Shown: one piece after another, positions 23,097-28,874 of the stretch
How the letters are laid out: every line of letters begins with the position of its first letter
How positions within the stretch are numbered: position 1 is the first letter of the stretch
Origin: a virus
Lineage: Duplodnaviria > Caudoviricetes
Length of the DNA stretch: 28,874 nucleotides
Virus record (IMG/VR): IMGVR_UViG_3300017909_000609
Location: 1-28,874 of that record
Reading direction: 5' to 3' (one strand)
Notes under the pieces: model-generated
The model's input: the letters and a program-made list of their open reading frames with translations, nothing else
Told to the model about the DNA's origin: nothing
The model's database searches: none
Program-made: the position numbers and the translations under genes

Positions 23097-23863
23097 TGGC
23101 AACATATCTAGATCTGGCAAATGAACTCCTTCGAGAGATGAATGAAGTTGAACTTACCAGTTCTAGCTTTGCTTCTGCTGTGGGTATTCAACAGCATGTT
23201 AAAGATTCGATCAATAGAGCGTATCTTGATATTGTCAATGAAGAACCACAGTGGCCTTTTCTAGCTCTTAATCTTAGTGGTGAAACAGATCCAATGTACG
23301 GTAATGTCTATGTAGAGACAGTAGCAGGACAGCGTTGGTATAACTTAAAGCCTGCTAGTTCTTCATTAGTTACCGACTACGGTTATATAGATTGGGATAA
23401 CTTTTATTTAACTACAGTGGGTGTGAGCGGAGAGACTGCTCCTTATGAAGCTCGTAACTTACGTTTTACTACTATTGAAGAATGGAAAGACTATCGACGT
23501 ATTTCAGAAAACTTAGATGACGCAGATACGCAACAGTATGGCGTACCAGATCGTGTAATTAAAAGTCCTGATAATCGTAAGTTTGGTCTTAGTGCTATAC
23601 CAGATAAAGTATATCGTATTTGGTTTTATGCTTATACATTACCTATAGAGCTTTCAGCATTTGGAGACGAGACAGTATTTCCAAATACTTACAAACCTGT
23701 ACTACTGAACAGGGCTAGATATTATATTTATCAATTTAAAGAAAGCCCACAGTTTTCTGCATTTGCTCTTGAAGACTACAAGCGTGGTCTGCGTTTGATG
23801 AAGCTAAACTTAATGGAACCAACTCCGGGTTATTTCAAAGATGATCGCATGAGGTTTATCTAA
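23096..23863 (+). CDS. Tail adaptor (tail tubular protein A-like)
   Basis: MATYLDLANELLREMNEV...INRAYLDI...WPF; size and position after the capsid gene. Confidence 0.75.
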   Translation: MATYLDLANELLREMNEVELTSSSFASAVGIQQHVKDSINRAYLDIVNEEPQWPFLALNLSGETDPMYGNVYVETVAGQRWYNLKPASSSLVTDYGYIDWDNFYLTTVGVSGETAPYEARNLRFTTIEEWKDYRRISENLDDADTQQYGVPDRVIKSPDNRKFGLSAIPDKVYRIWFYAYTLPIELSAFGDETVFPNTYKPVLLNRARYYIYQFKESPQFSAFALEDYKRGLRLMKLNLMEPTPGYFKDDRMRFI

Positions 23864-25467
23864 TGTCTCAACCGTTTGGTTTATCAGCAAAGGGTGGATT
23901 ATACACCAGTCTTAACCAACTTGAGATGCTTGCCCAGCCGGGAGTGGCTTCAAAACTAACAAACTTTGAAGTAGACACCGATGGAGGCTATCGTCGTATT
24001 AACGGCTTTAGTGTCTTTGGAGGTGCTTCAGCAGTACGTCCTAACAGCGATAATAAAGTACTAGGTATTTTTGTTTACGGTGACGGTGTTATTGTTTGCT
24101 CAGGCACTGGTATATTTTTTAGTCAAGACGGAACCTCGTGGATTTCTATAGCTAAACAAGGTGTACATAGTTCTGGTGATAACTACACAACTTTTACAGG
24201 CCGTACAGATCTAGCAAGAACTAATCAAGGTCAAGTAAGTTTTTCTTTATTTGAAGGAACCTTTGACTATGGTGAAGTTCTTATTTGTGATGGAGCTAAC
24301 AAACCTTATTTTTTCAGAATGGAAGGTACAGGTGATTTAACTACCCGTACTTTTTTTGCTGGTGAAATAACAGTAGATAGCACAGCAGCACCTTCAGTAG
24401 GCACAATGCACGACCAGCACTTTGTAGTTGCTGGTGCAGGCGGATCAGAAAATACAGTATATTATAGCCACACGAATGATCCTGATAACTTTGTAGGAAC
24501 CGGGGCAGGCTCTGTAGTCCTAGAAGATCAACCTGTAGGTTTGGCTAGTTTCCGTGATGATTTAATTATCTTTTGTAAAAACAGTATTTTTAAACTTACA
24601 AATATTAATGATTCACAAACAATTGCTGTAACGCCTATTACAAAAAATGTAGGTTGTATAGATGCCAATAGCATTCAAGAAATTGCAGGTGATCTAATTT
24701 TCTTGAGTCCTGATGGTCTTAGAACCGTTGCAGGTACAGTACGTATCGGTGACGTTGAGTTGGGAACAGTAAGTAGACCCATACAGCCAACTATTAAATC
24801 TATAGCTGCCAACATAAATAATCTTACTATCAGCAGTGCTGTATTGCGTAGTAAGTCTCAATACAGATTATTTTATAGCGCAGATGGCACAGCAAATGCT
24901 GCATCAGAAGGTGTTATTGCTACGTTAACTAATGAAGGTTTTCAGTATGCTGAAACCTTAGGAATAAAAGCAACAGCTATAACTTCTGGTTTTGATAATG
25001 ACGGTATTGAACAGGCTTATCATGGTGATAAAGATGGTTACATCTACAATCATGATACAGGAAGTTCTTTTGATTATGGGGGCACTGCTGCTAACATTAC
25101 AGCAACTTATCAGACTCCTAACTTAGATTTTGGTGATGTAGGTACTAGTAAGACAATGCGTTATGTACGTTTGTCTATAAGTCCTGAAGGAGCTATACAA
25201 CCTACGCTACGTGTACGATACGATTATGAAGATCCTATTATTGCACAGCCTTTAGATTATGTTTTAGATAGTATACCTCTTCCTAGTATTTTTGGATCAG
25301 GAACTTTTGGCGCTAATGTGTTTGGAGCGCCAGCAGATCCTTTAGTAAGAAAACCAATACAAGGTAGTGGACACACAGTAAGTTTCGTAGTGACAAGTAC
25401 AGATCAAAAGTCTCCGTACACGGTGAATGGTCTTTACATAGATTACACTCCATCAGGAAGGAGATAA
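23863..25467 (+). CDS. Tail nozzle (tail tubular protein B / stabilisation protein-like)
   Basis: 534 aa, beta-rich; NVGCI...IQEIAGDLIFLSPDGLR; located after the adaptor. Confidence 0.75.
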   Translation: MSQPFGLSAKGGLYTSLNQLEMLAQPGVASKLTNFEVDTDGGYRRINGFSVFGGASAVRPNSDNKVLGIFVYGDGVIVCSGTGIFFSQDGTSWISIAKQGVHSSGDNYTTFTGRTDLARTNQGQVSFSLFEGTFDYGEVLICDGANKPYFFRMEGTGDLTTRTFFAGEITVDSTAAPSVGTMHDQHFVVAGAGGSENTVYYSHTNDPDNFVGTGAGSVVLEDQPVGLASFRDDLIIFCKNSIFKLTNINDSQTIAVTPITKNVGCIDANSIQEIAGDLIFLSPDGLRTVAGTVRIGDVELGTVSRPIQPTIKSIAANINNLTISSAVLRSKSQYRLFYSADGTANAASEGVIATLTNEGFQYAETLGIKATAITSGFDNDGIEQAYHGDKDGYIYNHDTGSSFDYGGTAANITATYQTPNLDFGDVGTSKTMRYVRLSISPEGAIQPTLRVRYDYEDPIIAQPLDYVLDSIPLPSIFGSGTFGANVFGAPADPLVRKPIQGSGHTVSFVVTSTDQKSPYTVNGLYIDYTPSGRR

Positions 25468-25470
25468 TAA

Positions 25471-28400
25471 ATGGCCCAGAGCTATACCAGACAGAGTACA
25501 TTTGCTGACGGAGATACTATATCAGCATCATTATTTAATAATGAGTACAATCAATTAGTAAACTCTTTTGCTTACTCTTCTAGCAGTTCTGCTACTACAG
25601 GTCACAGACACGATGGTACTGCTGGACAAGGTGGTAATATTCCTAAGATTGGTGATCTTGACTTTTTTAACAAGATTGAAGTAGATAGCACTAACAATCG
25701 TTGGGGTTTTTATGTTGAAGTCTCTAGCGCAGCGGTTGAACAAATTCGTATTCAAGACGGTGCTATTGTTCCTGTTACTGACAACGACATTGACTTGGGA
25801 ACATCTTCCCTCCAATTTAAAGATCTTTTTATTAATGGGACTGCCAACATTGATTCTTTGGTACTCTCAAGTGGCTCTACAGTAACAGCTATTCTTGATG
25901 AAGATGGCTTAACTTCTAATAGTGCTACATCTTTAGCTACGCAACAGTCTATCAAAGCCTATGTAGACGCACAAGTAACAGCACAAGATCTAGACTTTAG
26001 TGCTGACAGTGGTGGTGCTTTAAGCATTGACCTAGATAGTGAGTCACTGACCTTTACAGGCGGCACAGGTATTGATACGTCTGGTTTAGGTAACGCAGTA
26101 ACCTTTGCAATTGATAGTACTGTAGCAACTCTTACAGGTTCTCAAACTCTTACTAACAAGACTCTTACAAGCCCAGATATTAACGGTGGTACTGTAGACG
26201 GCGCAACTATCGCTACGTCTGATATTACTGTAGGGGCTGGTAAAACTTTAGATGTTTCAGCAGGTACTCTAACACTAGCAGACAATCAAATTTCTGGTGA
26301 TAAAGTAGAAGGCGGCACAATTGCTGCTACGACTATTACAGACTTAACCTTTGGAAGTCTTAATGATGGTGTAATTACTGTAACAGCCTTTGTCGATGAA
26401 GACAACATGGCATCTGATAGTAATACGCTTGTACCTACACAGCAGTCAGTCAAAGCTTATGTAGACTCACAGGTAACTGCACAGGACTTAGATTTCCAAG
26501 CAGACACTGGTGGTGCCCTTAGCATTGACCTAGACTCAGAGACTTTTACGTTTACTGGTGGTACTGGTATTGATACTAGTGGCGCACTCAACGCTGTAAC
26601 CTTTGCTATTGACAGCACTGTAGCGACTCTTACAGGCACACAGACGCTCTCTAACAAGACTTTAGCTACTCCTGTGGTATCAGGCAACCTTACTACTGAC
26701 GGCCTTATAGACGGGCGCGACGTAGCTACAGATGGTGTTAAGCTGGATGGTATTGAGGCTAGTGCAGATGTTACGGATACTACAAACGTAACAGCCGCTG
26801 GTGCCTTAATGGATTCTGAAGTAACTAATCTTGCTCAAGTAAAAGCATTTGATTCTTCAGACTACGCTACAGCCGCACAGGGTACTACAGCAGATGCAGC
26901 TTTGCCCAGAACTGGTGGAGCCATGACAGGTGCTATTACAACTAATAGTACTTTTGATGGACGTGATGTAGCTACTGATGGTGCTAAGTTAGACGGTATT
27001 GAAGCTAGTGCAGATGTAACTGATACAGCTAATGTAACTGCTGCTGGTGCTTTGATGGATTCTGAGCTAACCAGTGAAGCTTCTGTTAAAGCTTTGGATC
27101 AGGGCGTAGCTACTACAGACAGTCCTTCATTTACTAACTTAACTTTAAATGGCACAGGATCTGTAAAAGTTCCTGCTGGTACAACGGCTCAAAGAGACGG
27201 TAGCCCTGTTGCTGGTATGTTTAGATACAACAGCAGCCTATCACAGTTTGAAGGTTATACAGACGCTTGGGGAGCCATTGGTGGCGGTGGTACTAATACC
27301 TTTACTACTGATAGCTTCACAGGCGATGGAACTACTGTTGCATACGCTTTAAGCCAAGCAGTATCTTCTGAAGATAATCTTCTTGTATTTATTGAAGGTG
27401 TCTTTCAACAACAAGATGCCTATAGCATTGCTACAGCAGGCGGTGTAACTACACTGACCTTTAGTGCTGCCCCGGCTAATGGTAATAGCATTCTTATTTA
27501 CTCTGTAGCTGCTGGTGTATCTGGTTCTAACTTGAACATTGATAGCATGACAGGTGACGGCAGTGACACTACACTGACACTTACTATTAACCCTGTTAAT
27601 GAAAACAACACTCAAGTGTTTATTGATGGTGTATATCAGAATAAGTCTACGTATAGCATCTCTGGAACTACTCTGACGTTCTCTACGGCTCCACCTAATG
27701 GTAGTGCTGTAGAAGTTATGACTATGACGCAGACAGATATTAATGTTCCTGTAGATAACAGTATTACATCTGCAAAGCTGTCTGGTGATCTTGTGACTCC
27801 CGGTAATTTGGACGTAACGGGTACTGTGACGGCTGACAAACTCGTAAGCGCAAACGGTGTCTTAGAGTTAGACGATAACGGAACACATAACGGCATCATT
27901 AACGCACCCGCTTCCCTTTTTATCAACATCGACAGCGATAACAACAATACTGGTGAAGACTTTGTTATTAGCAAAGACCGCACAGGGACTTCAGGAGGAA
28001 CTGAGTTATTTCGGGTACAGGAAGACGGCAACTGCGGTATTGGTACTAGCAGTCCAAGTCAGAAGCTAGATGTTAGTGGCAACATATCAATGTCAGGCGC
28101 AGGAACTGGCTCACGATATTTAATTTTAGGCAATGAAACAAATACCTATGCAGGTAGTTTAGTATTGCAGGCAGGCGGTGGTTCTGCGGGTTTTGGTGGC
28201 GCTATCATTGCATACGGTCATAGCCACGCTTCTAAAGCAGGTGACATTGTTGCTGGAATTTCATCAGGTTCTGGCGGTGCTTTCCGTGTTAATACATCAG
28301 GTGTTGACGATGGAAGTGATGTGCTTGTTGTAGAAGCCAGCGGCAACGTCGGTATTGGTACTATTTCGCCAACGTATAAAATAGATGCAACAACAACAAG

Positions 28401-28874
28401 TGGTGGTAATGGCTTAAAAATAGCTAGAGGTTCTGGCTCTTTCTTCGAGCAATTCCAAACCACTACAGGAGGCGTTTCTTTAGCGGCAAGTGGCTCAGGT
28501 GCTTTCATGGCTTTCAGAACAGGAACTACTGCTGGAACAACCACAGAACGCATGCGCATCGACTCAAGCGGCGGTGTTATTTTTAAAGGTGCTTTAGCGG
28601 CTCACCAAACAAACGCTGGCACTGCTGGATACGAGTCAAACATTTTTACACTTAGGGCTTATGGCGCAACCGCTGGCACTGGTGAATTTAGAGTGCTTAC
28701 TGGTGGTGGCGGTGGTTCAGCGGCAAGTGAAGCCATGCGCATCGACTCAAGCGGCAACTTGTTGGTTGGTCTTACGAGTATTTCTGATGCTACTAGCAGA
28801 ACCTACGGTAACGCTTTTTCAGGAAGTGCTTCTTATGCGAACTGGACAAGTTGGGGAAGTGGAACGCACACCAA
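25471..28874 (+). CDS. Long modular tail fibre; 3' end outside the window
   Basis: Not in the ORF track because no stop lies in the window. ATG 25471, SD AAGGAG; MAQSYTRQSTFADGDTI...GHRHDG...; repeats QQSIKAYVD, QTLTNKTL, KLDGIEASAD, GNVGIGT, MRIDSSG. Confidence 0.9.
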   Translation, partial: MAQSYTRQSTFADGDTISASLFNNEYNQLVNSFAYSSSSSATTGHRHDGTAGQGGNIPKIGDLDFFNKIEVDSTNNRWGFYVEVSSAAVEQIRIQDGAIVPVTDNDIDLGTSSLQFKDLFINGTANIDSLVLSSGSTVTAILDEDGLTSNSATSLATQQSIKAYVDAQVTAQDLDFSADSGGALSIDLDSESLTFTGGTGIDTSGLGNAVTFAIDSTVATLTGSQTLTNKTLTSPDINGGTVDGATIATSDITVGAGKTLDVSAGTLTLADNQISGDKVEGGTIAATTITDLTFGSLNDGVITVTAFVDEDNMASDSNTLVPTQQSVKAYVDSQVTAQDLDFQADTGGALSIDLDSETFTFTGGTGIDTSGALNAVTFAIDSTVATLTGTQTLSNKTLATPVVSGNLTTDGLIDGRDVATDGVKLDGIEASADVTDTTNVTAAGALMDSEVTNLAQVKAFDSSDYATAAQGTTADAALPRTGGAMTGAITTNSTFDGRDVATDGAKLDGIEASADVTDTANVTAAGALMDSELTSEASVKALDQGVATTDSPSFTNLTLNGTGSVKVPAGTTAQRDGSPVAGMFRYNSSLSQFEGYTDAWGAIGGGGTNTFTTDSFTGDGTTVAYALSQAVSSEDNLLVFIEGVFQQQDAYSIATAGGVTTLTFSAAPANGNSILIYSVAAGVSGSNLNIDSMTGDGSDTTLTLTINPVNENNTQVFIDGVYQNKSTYSISGTTLTFSTAPPNGSAVEVMTMTQTDINVPVDNSITSAKLSGDLVTPGNLDVTGTVTADKLVSANGVLELDDNGTHNGIINAPASLFINIDSDNNNTGEDFVISKDRTGTSGGTELFRVQEDGNCGIGTSSPSQKLDVSGNISMSGAGTGSRYLILGNETNTYAGSLVLQAGGGSAGFGGAIIAYGHSHASKAGDIVAGISSGSGGAFRVNTSGVDDGSDVLVVEASGNVGIGTISPTYKIDATTTSGGNGLKIARGSGSFFEQFQTTTGGVSLAASGSGAFMAFRTGTTAGTTTERMRIDSSGGVIFKGALAAHQTNAGTAGYESNIFTLRAYGATAGTGEFRVLTGGGGGSAASEAMRIDSSGNLLVGLTSISDATSRTYGNAFSGSASYANWTSWGSGTHT
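25888..27720 (+). repeat. Three pairs of internally duplicated tail-fibre modules
   Basis: QQSxKAYVD module at 25942 and 26440; DGRDVATDG module at 26710 and 26956; DSxTGDG module at 27310 and 27541. Confidence 0.85.

Noticed and set aside
25600-25620. HxH motif (GHRHDG) as an iron-binding receptor-mimic site
   Set aside because: A single motif in the N-terminal, virion-proximal part of the fibre is not enough to link it to the Fur-like array.
25555-28559. Several minus-strand ORFs opposite the tail fibre
   Set aside because: Antisense shadows of a codon-biased long gene.

Overview
Part of a lytic, T7-like (podovirus-type) dsDNA phage genome, probably aquatic, with two oppositely oriented arms meeting at a ~1.3 kb non-coding region (13717-15024). 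That region probably contains the joined physical genome ends (inference from the two-arm layout known in SIO1/cobavirus-like phages). The minus arm runs from early genes (two DNA-glycosylase-like proteins, DUF932, many small ORFs) through SSB, primase-helicase, Tyr762-type PolA, GIY-YIG, Cas4-like exonuclease, endonuclease I and DUF3310 to a class I NrdA cut off by the window edge. No single-subunit RNA polymerase is present; promoters are host sigma70-type. The plus arm carries TerS, TerL, portal, scaffold, major capsid, tail adaptor and nozzle, and a long modular tail fibre, also cut off. The most unusual signals are non-coding. (1) The early transcript carries a tRNA-shaped RNA whose anticodon loop is replaced by a 48-nt pseudoknot-like insert, four covarying copies of a small H-type pseudoknot, a larger pseudoknot and a ~350-nt structured leader. 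(2) The putative terminus is tiled with host-regulator-like sites: sigma54 -24/-12 boxes, LexA boxes, a 17-bp-period Fur-like array and 11-bp-phased TGGAG repeats. It also holds a G-rich tract, a large palindrome and back-to-back sigma70 promoters. All calls come from reading the sequence by eye; no searches or folding programs were run.
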